Origin: Chrysomallon squamiferum
Lineage: Eukaryota; Animalia; Mollusca
Direction: 5' to 3'
DNA length: 64,000 nt
NCBI GenBank assembly: GCA_012295275.1
Contig: CM022672.1
Coordinates: 11,222,001-11,286,000 of the forward strand
Made by a program: the position numbers and the translations under genes. Positions 25,988-39,257 of the stretch are shown piece after piece (positions within the stretch are counted from its first letter, which is position 1; every line of letters starts with the position of its first letter). The notes beneath the pieces were generated by a model, which saw only the letters and a program-made list of their open reading frames with translations, was not told the origin of the DNA and made no database searches.

Positions 25988-28900
25988 CATGTGTGTATTG
26001 CTGTTAATAGCTGAATGTCATTCACATATATAAGGTATGTGCATATGTATTTTGTGGGGTGTATGTTTTTGTCTTTTTGTATATGTTTGTGTGTGTGTGC
26101 ACACATGTGCATTCATGTGTTTGTGCATGTGCGTGTGCCTGTGTGTGTATGTATTTTTCATGCAAACAGGTGTGTGTATGTGTATTTAAATGCATATGTT
26201 TGTAAGTTCATGTGAATGCATCTTTATGTTATTTCATATGGTTGGTTATATGGATGGTTATTAATGCAGTTTATTATGACTATAATCATAATTTAATATG
26301 GATGATTATAATGCCATTTAGTATGGATATAAATATAATTAAAATGATTATTAATTATATAATTTAATAAGGTTGGATATAAGTATAATTTAATATGATC
26401 ATTAATAAGGTTGGATATAAAAATAATTTAATATGATCATTAATAATATAATTTAATAAGGTTGGATATAAATATAATATAATATGATCATTAATAATAT
26501 AAATTAATGAGGTTGGTTATTAATATAATTTAAAATGATCATTAATAATATAATTCAATAAGGTTGGTTATAAATATAATTTAATATGATCATTAGTAAT
26601 ATAATTTAATGAGGTTGTTTATTAATATAATTTAAGATGAAACTGCTGGTAGGTAAGAAAGAAGCACACAACCCTCTTTTCTTGAAGCTGGCGTGCGAGG
26701 AACTCCGAGTATTCGGAGTGTTTGAAAAGATTTCCACAAAGCTTAAATCTCTGCCACAGACAGTTCCAACCATACTGCAGGATGTTCTGAACAGGCTTGA
26801 GATAGACCATGGCAAAACTCTGGTATCTACAGCCCTGTCTCTTCTTGTATGTGCAAGAGAAGGTTGGTGTTTTACTTTCATGTCAATCGTAATGGATTTA
26901 CTCCCTCATGCTGTTAACTTTTACATGATAACAATCAGTAATAAGTAATTTATTCTGCCATTTAATGCATTATTTATTTTATTTTATTTTTTTTTTTCCC
27001 CATTTAAACATCTGTTTATATGTTAAAGTTATCTCTTGTTTTCCTTTGCTTTTATATTCAAATATTTTGTGATTTAATTAGCACTTGCTGTATGCTTAAG
27101 AGTTCACTAATAGTTTTGCTGTTATGTTATGGGTGTAATACTCATTATAATTGCACATAAAAGAGAAAATAATACACAATATCTATCTATCTATATTTAT
27201 ATCTGTCTGTAGCTATCTGTCTATCTATCTATCTATATCTATATGATTAACAGATCTGTTGAAGGATTTGAAAAAAAAAACAGTTTGTAATTTTATTTCC
27301 AGGTTTACTTGATGGAGAATTGTGGGATCTTCTCTCTTGGCACCAACAACTTGCTGGAACCAAATTCACAGTCAAAGACTTGACAAATTTAGAGACCCCT
27401 TCTGTAAAAAGACTGCCTCCTATCACATTCTCCTATTTGAAGAGATCCATTCAAGAATTTTTAAACCCAACTGGAAGCTGGTAAGCAATATTAACTTAAA
27501 GCTTATTCAGAATGTTATATGCAGATTATATTTTTTTCTTTATAAATAGTAATCAAATTACTAATTACTCCTGTTGTTTATTTATTTATTTTTTGTTACA
27601 TGAAAAACATAGATAATAAATATTGGCCTATAAATAAACATAAAGTTTTCTTCAGTAAAATCTTCTTTTTATTTTTTTGTATCCATTAAATGTATATTTG
27701 TCTTATTACAAAGAAATTTATAAAAAAAATTTGTTACATGAAAAACATAGATGATAAATAATGGCTCCTAAATAAACACAAAGATGGCTTCAATAAAAAA
27801 AAATTTTATTTTTGTTTTTATATATATATATATATTTTTTTTTTCACATTATTGTTTTCATCCATTAAACAAAATGTTGTCTTATCATTTCTGTCACTCA
27901 ATAAATTTCATCTAACATGCATCTTTGTCAAGTATATTTAATTGTTTAATGTGTAAAATTTCTCTTGCTCTATTAGGAACCCACAGCTCAGTCTGGCACA
28001 TAAAGAAATTGTGACGGCAATCCGACACCGATATTTCAAAGGTTTAGGAGCTGACAATGAGCTGATGCTGCATACGTTACTGGCTGGTTACTGGTACAGC
28101 CTGGCTGATCCTGACAAAGATGGTTCATGGAGAAGTAACTACACAAGAGCCTTTTCAGAGTTACCTTATCATTTAGTAAGTTCATTGATTTCTGTTCGAA
28201 CAAGACAGAGAACCGTTTAACAGTTACTAAATTATTACTTGAATTTAGAATAAATGAAGCTTTTTCGAGTTAACCTTATCATGTAGTGAGTGTTTTATCT
28301 GTGTGAAATTAAACACTGGGCTTGTGATTACAAACTATAATAAATTTATAAATGAATGTTAAAATATTAATATTGTTTGACGTGGTGAGGACTTAAATAA
28401 CTTTCTAATATTTTATAAATTCCATTTGAAAAGGTCTTCTAACATAAACTATGTTTCAGGTCTGTTGTGGAGACTTCTGTGACCTTGAAGATGTTCTCTG
28501 TGACCTTCACTTTATTCATGCCAAAAGTCAGCTTGGTCTCATGCCCCTTATTCTGGAAGATTTTAATCCAAAAGGTAGATATTTAAAAGTGCAAACCATA
28601 TTTCTTCAGTGAATTTTACTTCAGAAAAATCTGAGTGTTTCTGAGGTTTAAAATTCAGAATCAGTAATAAAATTTGTTATTCACGGTTAGTTGTATTAGT
28701 ATCTTTTCTATGCAACTGCCATCTCTTTAATTATATCAAGCTTTATTTTCTTTGTTTTAAAATAATCCAGTGTTGGTTTATTTATTAATCAATTATTTAA
28801 TTATTATTGTTATTTCTTTTCAGATATTTGAACTAAAAAAAAAAAAAAAAAAAATAAAACAAGATAATTAAATAAAATTTAAATAAATAAATAAATAAAT

Positions 28901-31900
28901 AATAATATAATTTTGTAAGAAATTAAGTAAAGATAATATTTTCTATTCAGCAACCAGCAACAGATTTCTGGAGAAGAAACAGACAAGATTTCTTGGTTTA
29001 CCCAGAGTACAACAATACAAATCTTTTATATCCAGGAATCTTCATATACTGACAAGGTATGTTGATTAAAATATTTTTTATATTAACTCTTAGAACTCTT
29101 AAATGTACACAGAAGCTAGGAAATCAGACATTTTAGATGTGGGTGTAGGCTACCTGCTGCCCGATAATAATCATCTTAAGCAATGAAGCTGACAATATTG
29201 GTTGGTTTAAAATTGATACTGGAAAACTGGTACATATAGTTTAATTATGTGCTTCTTACAGCCACCCTGCACTGACATGGCAGCAAGCAATTAATGATCC
29301 TCCAGAATCATTCCCATCTCGAGATGCCCAGACTCTGCACAGAAATGGACAGATATCTGACCATATGTTATACATGGAGTGGTCAAACAAACCCAGAAGT
29401 GTTGACCCATGCTATTTGACCATCAGCAGTCTTCAGCAGGTATTTTTGTGTAATATTAGAAACTTTGTTTGAAATTTGTTAAAACTGCCACATATTTGAA
29501 TGTCACAGCAAGCACACAGATGGTAAGCAAAAACTAAACTTCATCATTAGATTAAGGTTCATAAAAAAAAAAAAAAAATAAAAAAAAAAATGCAATAACT
29601 GAACCTATCTGGGGTTGTAAATTTATTTATGAATAATTTCTTGTCATCTTTTAATAAAATAAATTATTTTAGGATATTCGTTGTTATAATTAATTAATGA
29701 ATTATGGACTTAGTTACTAAATTATTACTCATCTTTTCAAGTCATTCTATATTTTTTGTTAAGTCTTTTTTGATTATATGCATAAGAAAGTATTCCTTTA
29801 GGATTGTTTTTTTTATCCAATCAGTTATAAAAAACTAAATTTAAACACTTCTATGGTAATACTGATAATATATATAACCATCAATAATTTTAGTAACTGT
29901 TCAATTTTCAGCCTGCTACCTGTGTAGATATTTCACCTGAAAGCAGGTATGTGGCTACAGGAAGTCTGGATGGATTAGTCAGACTGTACAACATGGACAC
30001 AGCTAAGGTATTTTCAAAATATTTCACTTCTCTTTATTTTCTATGCTAAATTTTGTTACGTATTTCAGTAGCTGGTGATGTGTTAAAATGTCACAGAAAT
30101 TACTTCATTATGTGGATATAACTAAAAATGAACCAAATTCATCATAAAGAAAAAACTTGACAACAAACAAAACAAACTTATTATTACTTATGATTATGTC
30201 TACAGGTTGTAGCCTGTCCTATATCAGTCTGTGAATGTGCTTTGACAGAATCAGTGCTGTACCAGGCAATTTATGTTTGGATGTTTCAGACTATGAATTT
30301 AAAAAAACATATAATGATATATATTATAAAAGAACTAATGCATGTAGTTCATATTAAATATTGTTTTGAAACAGTCCCAGTGACAATTTGTAAATATCTA
30401 ATAGCTTTTAATAATTTATGTTAAGATATCATTAAACAGATATTCATTCATTAATTCACATACTGAGTTTATAAACTGTTTCTGTTAGTGAAAACATTAT
30501 ATGGACATGCTGATGCTATATCTGTGATTTTTATAAAATATTTCTGTTAGTGAAAACATATGGACATGCTGATGCTATATCTGATGTGTTTTATAAAATA
30601 TTTCTGTTAGTGAAAACATTACATGGACATGCTGATGCTATATCTATGTATTTTATTAAACATTTCAGTTAGTGAAAACATTACATGAACATGCTGATGC
30701 TGTATCTATGTATTTTATAAAACATTTCAGTTAGTGAAAACATTACATGAACATGCTGATGCTATATCTGATGTGTGTTTTATAAAACATTTCAGTTAGT
30801 GAAAACATTACATGGACATGCTGATGCTATATCTATGTATTTTATTAAACATTTCAGTTAGTGAAAACATTACATGAACATGCTGATGCTATATCTGATG
30901 TGTGTTTTATAAAACATTTCAGTTAGTGAAAACATTACATGGACATGCTGATGCTATATCTATGTATTTTATAAAACATTTCAGTTAGTGAAAACATTAC
31001 ATGGACATGCTGATGCTATATCTGATGTGTGTTTTGCTGGAAAAGGAACATTGTGTAGTGCCTCAGTAGACAATACACTCAGTCTGTGGAATGTAGAAGA
31101 TGGCCACAGGTAAAAAAAAGATTTTTTTGCTTTCTGAGATATTTTGTTTAAAGTTGTTGTACAAGATGAAAAATAAAAATATAACAGACTTTAAAGTTGA
31201 TATCAAAATTTTAACTTCACAAATATAAAGAATTTAACATGAAATATTCAAATTGACCACAAACATACTATAACACATTATGTTACATCACAACATACGA
31301 CACAATACTAGAACATACCACAATACATATGTAATTTAAACTTCTGTAAATTAAATGCATTTTTATGTATTATAACTATTTCATATACACTAAGGAAATA
31401 CTAACTACATTTTTAAATTGATATTCTTATTCAGAATGCATTTAATTATCATTAATGTATTTTATTTCTTCTGTTAAAAAAAAAAAAAATAATAATAAAA
31501 AAATAACAATAATAACAATAATAAACACTAAAGAGATCTAAGAATCAAACTAAAAAAACAACAAATATTGAACAAAAACTCTCCAAGCAAACAAGTGTAA
31601 CAGAAAAAAAAAAAAAAAATTTAGTAAACAAATCAGAAAGAAAAAAACTATCTAACAGAAAAGCCCACAACAATGAACAGGTGTATTTCCACAGCACCTG
31701 AATTTTTTTATTTTATTTTTTATTATATATTATTAAACATATTTCAGAATTGCTGTTCTGAAAGAACATCAACGTCGAGTTAACTCGTGTGCCTCAGATT
31801 CTACAGGAAGTCTGGTTGCCTCAGCTGGCTGGGATTGCCAGATCAAAATCTGGAACACCAACACAGGAGCTGCCATTTGCTCTCTGTCTGCAGGAAGGTA

Positions 31901-32527
31901 AATGTTTGTTTTCTACAGTTTGGTATGATGAATTAAGATTCTGCAAAATTCAGAGTCCAAGTTAATGGTGCAGATACATCCCTCTTATCTTCCTGAAGGA
32001 GAGATTTGTATGACATATATATATATATTGTGATGTTGTTATCTATTAGTATTGTTAAGTATGTGGTTGTGGCTTTTTATTATGCTAGCAGAGATAATGT
32101 TTCTGTAGTAAAAGTATCAAATGTTGTGTTCCAAAAGATAAATAATTTTCTGAATTAAAAATATTTGAAACCCATTTACAGTAGCTGATTTTTGGCTTTT
32201 AGAGTTCATTTCTTTGTTCTTTAAGTTTCCTACATAAGAAGAGTGGTATTATTAAATACAGTAACATTTGGATATTATAAATTTTATTTATAGTTTTGAG
32301 ACTTCTTAATAGAGTAGAATTTCATCTAGTTGTACTAAAGTTTCTGCATCGCCAGAATGATAGTATTAAATTATAAATTATTTTTTTTATTTATATCTAG
32401 CCCTGTTAATGCTGTGGACTTCCATCCTGAAGGTCAACTCATAGCAACTGGCTGCTGGGACTCAACAATCAAAATCTGGGATATTTTCCACAGAACTAGA
32501 AAAGCTGTAAGATTTTATTTTTTATGT

Positions 32528-32563
<36 letters not shown>

Positions 32564-34111
32564 TTTTAATCTATTTCCAATTCATTTATTTTTTAAATTA
32601 TGCTATAAGATTTTATTTAACAATGATTATTTATTTTATAAAAAAATGTTGTAAATAAGCTCTGTCACTAACTTGTTGAAATTAATGTAATTAATCTCAT
32701 CCTATTTTCTTATAAAATAGTTGAGAGCTAAAATGGGAAAATGGGCAGATGACAATTTGATTTTGTTAGAATTTATGTAATTATATATAAATTCCAAGGA
32801 TGTCTGCAAGAAGAAATAATTAAATATTAGAAAATTTTGATTACAGGAATTAAAAGTATAGTAGATTCATTTATCTTGTAAATAAAAAATGCATTAAAAT
32901 TCATTAAAATTATATTATTATGTACAGTTTAATAAGAGACAAATGTAAAATCTAATTTTTGGCGAATTCAGAGGACTTAGTCCATAAAACAGATATTAAG
33001 AATATCTACTCAAAAAAAAAAAAAATAAATAAATAAATTAATTAAATTATTTTAGCATATATAGTTTAATTAAGATAAAGATATATAAAAATTTGCAGAT
33101 ACTCAGATGTAAAGAAAATGTAAAGACAAACTTGAAAATATAAAATTATAAAAATAAATAAATATAATATTAATATTTTCAGTTTAATTAAGACAAATGT
33201 GAATTAAAATGTTACAGGTATTGAGAGGCCATAGTTCATCAGTTAGGGATGTAGCATATTCTCCATCTGGCCGCCATATTGCTTCTGCATCGATGGATGG
33301 TGATGTGAAAATCTGGTCAGCAACAAATGGATCTCAGGTAATATTTTTAAATTTTAATTTTTTTTTTTATATTACTAGTCCTCTTTGTTTTAAACTTTCA
33401 TTTATTTTTATATGTTTTTAAACCTGTTATGATTCTATATTCAGAATTTATACAATTTAAATAATTATTTGTTTGTTTTTCAGATTTTTAAGTAAACAGG
33501 TTATAATTTGGATAAAACATTATATTTTTGCAGTAAATGCTTCTCTCTATAAATGGCGTAATTTTTTTTTTTCATTTGTTGACACTGACTTCAATAAAGC
33601 AATGCCATTCACCCAAGTCTTATATATATTTTTTAAATGTTCATCTCTTATTTCATTCATCCTGAATTAATTTTATTCACTCTTCTCTGAACCTTTCACA
33701 AAGTTTAATTTTCCAAAGCTATATGCAGATTGACAATCCTTTTTCTGAAATGCTTGGGACCAGAAGTGTTTCAGATTTCAAATGTTTTGTATTTTAACCT
33801 TAAAATAGAATCTCAGTCTAAATATGAATTCCATTTATATAAATAAACTTCAGGATTTTTTATGTAATAATTTTGTTTATGAAATAAAGTTTACGTATGC
33901 AAAACACTCCAAAAACTGTAATATATCACTATTTCTGCTGTTCTGAGAAAGATTTGGAACTCAGAATTTCATATGAGCGATCCTCAACCTGTATTTTAAA
34001 TATACCCCCCACCTCATTTATTAATGATCAGTGCACAAGAAAAGAAAGGAAAAAAGAAAGAAAATATAAGGTATACATAATTTCAGAAAAAAATTTTTTT
34101 GAATTATCAAC

Positions 34112-34156
<45 letters not shown>

Positions 34157-35595
34157 ATAATTTTTATAAAATATTTGCAATGCGTCAGAATATTGTTATT
34201 GTTTCAGGTGGGCAGTATTTGTGGCCATGCATTACCAATCAACAAACTGATTTTCACACCAACAGGCAAAGAACTGATCACTGTCAGTGATGATCACAAA
34301 GTGAAGGTACTGAAAAATCACTTCTTCCCAACGGTCAACAAGTTTTTCTGCAATAAATTTGAATCAATTATGAACCGCAATGACTTATTCCTCAACCCAG
34401 CACATTTCTTTCTTTAATGGGATAGAAAAGAAAATAGTACATTTGATATTTTCATATTTTTCTATTTTAAATTTTTGTTTGGTTTCAAACTGTTACATTG
34501 CTATAATGTGTAATTTCTTTTAATTTTTTTTTTTAATGTTTTTTATTATTATTTTTCAAAACATTTGTTTTATTAATGCAGATCTGGTCTGGCCATCTTG
34601 GAGTTCCACTGCACTGTCTGGGATCTGAGAAAAACGGTCCAGTGACTTCTGTAGCTCTGTCTTCTACTGGAGAGATGGTGGCTGCAGGTTTTCATGATGG
34701 ACACACTCGCATATTTGATGTTAATACAGGTCAGTGGCAGATTGCATTCATTCATGCATGCTGCATGCACACACTCACATGCATAACATCTATAAACAAG
34801 TAAGTATACCATGCATAAGCAGATATACATACATGCATAATATATGCATACACATATACTCATGCATTAGATACATAAATACACAGTGGACACAAATATC
34901 TTTGTAATAGTTACATAAATACACTTACGTTACAGTAGGTGCATACATATATTTATATACTCAATAGGTACATTTTGCATACATGTTAACAACAGATTCA
35001 TATATACTAATAAATACATAATAAATATAAAATACACATATATTCACAATAGTTTGGATAAATACATACACATTTGCAATAGATGATAAATACATATACA
35101 TACACTATAGAAGTATGAATACATATACATGTTCAGCAGATAAATATAAATTGATATATACACAAAAGATATATATATAAGTATGTACTTAAATAGTATC
35201 TATATGACTACAAAAAAAATACAGAGCAGATAAATAAATACACATACATTTACAATAGTTTCATAAATAAACACAGGTACACAGAAAACACAAATATTCA
35301 CATGTATAAAACAGATGTATAAATACACATGTACACAATAAATACATCAGGCCTCAGTTTTATAAATTAAACAAAAAACATTAATTTTAACAGTGTTTTT
35401 GTATGATAAAGGTGCAAAGAAAGAATATAAAAAATATTTTAGAAGCATGATTATATTTTGCAGGGATTATGTTAGCAGAAGTGAGACACAACAGTGCCTG
35501 TATTAGAGCGATGACTTACTGCCAGAAGGGAAAATACATCATCTCTGGGTCTGATGATTGTACTGTTTTGGTAAGTTGTATTTTAAAAACATAAT

Positions 35596-35652
<57 letters not shown>

Positions 35653-38140
35653 AATAATATAACGATAACAGTAACAACAATAATAATATGATAATAATAA
35701 TAAAAACAACCACAATAACTACAACAAGAATAATAATAATATAATAACAATAATAATATGAAAAGTAACAATAAAAAAAACAATAATAATAAAAAAAAAT
35801 ATTTTTATATATATATATATATTAAAATTAAAACTTCTGATGAAAAACTGATTTTGATATTAATTTCGCTTCTCTGTTCACAGATGCTGGATGGACACAC
35901 AGGAAGCAAGGTGGCCAGTTTTGAGGGCCACACTAAACCAGTTCTCTGTGTAACAGCCACAGACAAATATGTGGCCAGTGCTGGGGAAGATTACACCTGT
36001 CTCATTTTCAAAGGACCTAAAAAAGCTCTGAAATCCAAAAGGTAAATACTAAACTTTGAAATATTTGGCAATAATGAGCAATTTGGCCACTTATAACTGC
36101 CATTGTCTGATTTAAAAAAAGGCTAGCAATGTTTCTGGGTTTATTGGAGGGCTTTCTAAAAACAATATAAAAAATTAAAAAAATGTACATATTTATAATA
36201 TCTTGCAGTGAGAATTATTTAAATTTTTCAGGTTGACTCCTGAGGTATCACTGAATCGCCACACTGGACCTATCACCAGCTGCACCTTTAACAGTGACAG
36301 CTCAAAGCTTGCTACAGCCAGCAGAGATTCAGTAAATATTGTTATTCATTTATTTATTTATTTATCTATGTATATATTTAAACTTTTTATTTATTTTTTA
36401 TTTTTAATTAATTAATTTATTTATCATTTTCCTTTTTTTTCCCTTATTTATTATTTTAAAAATTTATTCTTTTAATTGTTATTTATTTTAAATATTTATA
36501 TTTATTTATTTACTGTTATACTCTTTAGTTTTTGTTTTGTTTTGTTTTGTTTTGTTTTATTATTTTGTTTTATTTATTTATTTATTTATTTATTTATTTT
36601 AATTTTGGTACAGTAACAAAAGATAAAATATTATTTTGAATGGTAAAGTATAAATAAAAAAAGTACACAATAGATAAATGGAAGCTTATGTTACCTTAAT
36701 TCATGACATTATGATGCAGGTTTAAAAAATGTAAATTTGAAATGTTCCTTGATACTTCATTTTATTTTAATGCTACTCTTTTTTTCATTGTTCCATACAT
36801 TTTCAAAGAAAAAAAAAGAAAGAAAAAATTGATGGTATTTTTATATGATTTTCATTTTAAATAAAGAAACATTAATTTTCTTTTCAATTTAAAACATTTT
36901 TCACTGCATTTAAAAAAACAATTAATCAGACCTGTTTGATAAATTGTAATGTTTGTTTGTCAGTCTGTCATAATTTGGGACATGTTTACTGTCGACCTGG
37001 ATCCAAATCCAGAGCCTGAGAAAATTCTTCATGCTTGCCACTCAGACTGGATCAATGACTGCCAATGGTCAAATATTGGAGATTATCTTGTAAGTATTTT
37101 TAAATTACATTTATGATGTTTTGATTGTAAAATATTGGACATGACTTTGCTAGTATTTGTTTTAGTGGTCAAGTGTTCTAGATTATACCATGTTTGTATC
37201 TTTAAATTGGAAATTTATTGTAGAACTTAAAAGAAATCTAATACATATTCTAGACCTTATTGTAAAACTTGTGGGGTAAGTACCATTTGTGATTCAGATA
37301 AATGTTTTTAAAACTGTTAGTGTTTCAACAAAAGCAGTCAAAGATATTAAAAGCTTTGTGTCATTTGATATAAAATTTGAAAAATATAATTTAACCAAAT
37401 ATTTGGTTAGTATTATGAAGATATTTTGTGAAACAAGAAAAAATGAGAGATAAACAAAAATTAGTTCTCTTTAGCAGATACAAAGTATATAATTTTGATT
37501 TTTCTAAAACAAAATATGATTTCATAGTAAATATCTATATTTTAAATTCTACTACATTTTGACTGATAATTTTACAAAATGATAATGTTATCAGTTGATT
37601 ATGAAGATACAGTTTGCTGATAAGTTTCACAAAGCACAAATAGTTGTGAACAAACATCAGTAAAAAAAAAAAAAAAATATTCACTTTTACTAAATGTTTA
37701 AGCACTGCAGTGGTCAAATATCTGTCCATGCATTATCTCAAAACAAATAGGCATTTGTGTTTGTTTCTTTTAAATATTTTAGGTGACTGCATCCAATGAC
37801 TTCAATTTGAAAGTGTGGGATGTCAAGAGTGGATTGGAGAAAATAAAACTTGTAGGACACATGTCTGCTGTGAACAAAGTAGTCTACCAGGTGAACACAA
37901 TTATGATCTGTCAAAACATACCAGGGAATTCACTTGTTAAATATCTGTAAATTACTTGATGGGAATTTATACTCAGCATTTTTGTTTTATGATATATGGA
38001 TAAACACAGCTGGAAAGTGTCATGGATGGATCAGAGATTTCAGAAAATGGGAGGGATCCCAAATGTGGTTGATATGAATTGAAAGATGAAATGAATTTAC
38101 TTCTGGTTATAAAAAAAAAAAAAAAAAAAGGCCAAATCCC

Positions 38141-38192
<52 letters not shown>

Positions 38193-39222
38193 TTGATAAA
38201 ATGAAATAAAAAAATAACATTAAAAAAAGTCAAGAAAATTATAGCTGCATAAACAGATAGTAATGATTGATCACCCAGCAATTAAAGACAAGTTTTCAAG
38301 CTATACAAGGTTTCAGAAAAAAAGATACAGTTTTATAAACTGAGTATTAAATAAATCAATAATGTCTAATATAAAAATCAGTAATAGCTAATATTAATAA
38401 CAGTTAATAAAATAATTTTCAGAATAATTTTTCATATATCAGTATATTATATATTTCTAGATAAACTAAAATCTATCTATGATGTTAATAATAGTTAATA
38501 AAATAATTTTGAAAATTATGTTTTCAATATGGTTGTATATGTATATATAATATCATATTAATAACAAAATAATTTTCAGAATAACATTTTCATATATCTA
38601 TATCTATCTATCTATCTATATATATATAGATAGATTTTCAGATTAAACTAAAATTTATCTATGATATTAATACTAGAATAATTTTCAGAAGAATATTTTC
38701 AGTGTCTGTGTATCTCCTATCAGTAACAGTTAATAATAATATTGTTTTCAGTATGGCTGTATTGTCTCGGCATGTAGTGATGGATCGGTCAAGATTTGGT
38801 CACACAAAGGGTCAGAGATTACCACACTGTATGGACACACACAGAGAGTCAACTCCTGTGACATTCTTGTCAAAGTCAAAGGAGGAGAAGAAGTTGAAAG
38901 TAAACAATTAAAATTAACATACATACAGTTCATTACAACCTTTTAATATCACCTATTTTTGTTATTGTTATTAATTAATTAATTAATTAATTAATTAATT
39001 ATTATTATTATTACTTTTTTATTTATTTAATTTAATTTAATTTTTATTTTATAGACATTTATTTTATAGACAAATATTTCTTTTTCTTTCTTTCTTTCTT
39101 TCTTTCTTTATTTAACTTTACTGTATTTCTTTATGAGATGACACTTGATATGAATGTATTTTTTTATTATTAACTCACACAAAACAAATTTTAATCAACA
39201 TAATCAATCATTATTATAGTAA

Positions 39223-39257
<35 letters not shown>

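Noticed and set aside
30468-31035. CRISPR-like appearance of the regular array
   Set aside because: No unique spacers, no cas genes, eukaryotic context; the unit is a duplicated intron-exon junction.
35516-35783. Poly-Cys and poly-Leu ORFs
   Set aside because: Antisense translations of a (CAA)n microsatellite.
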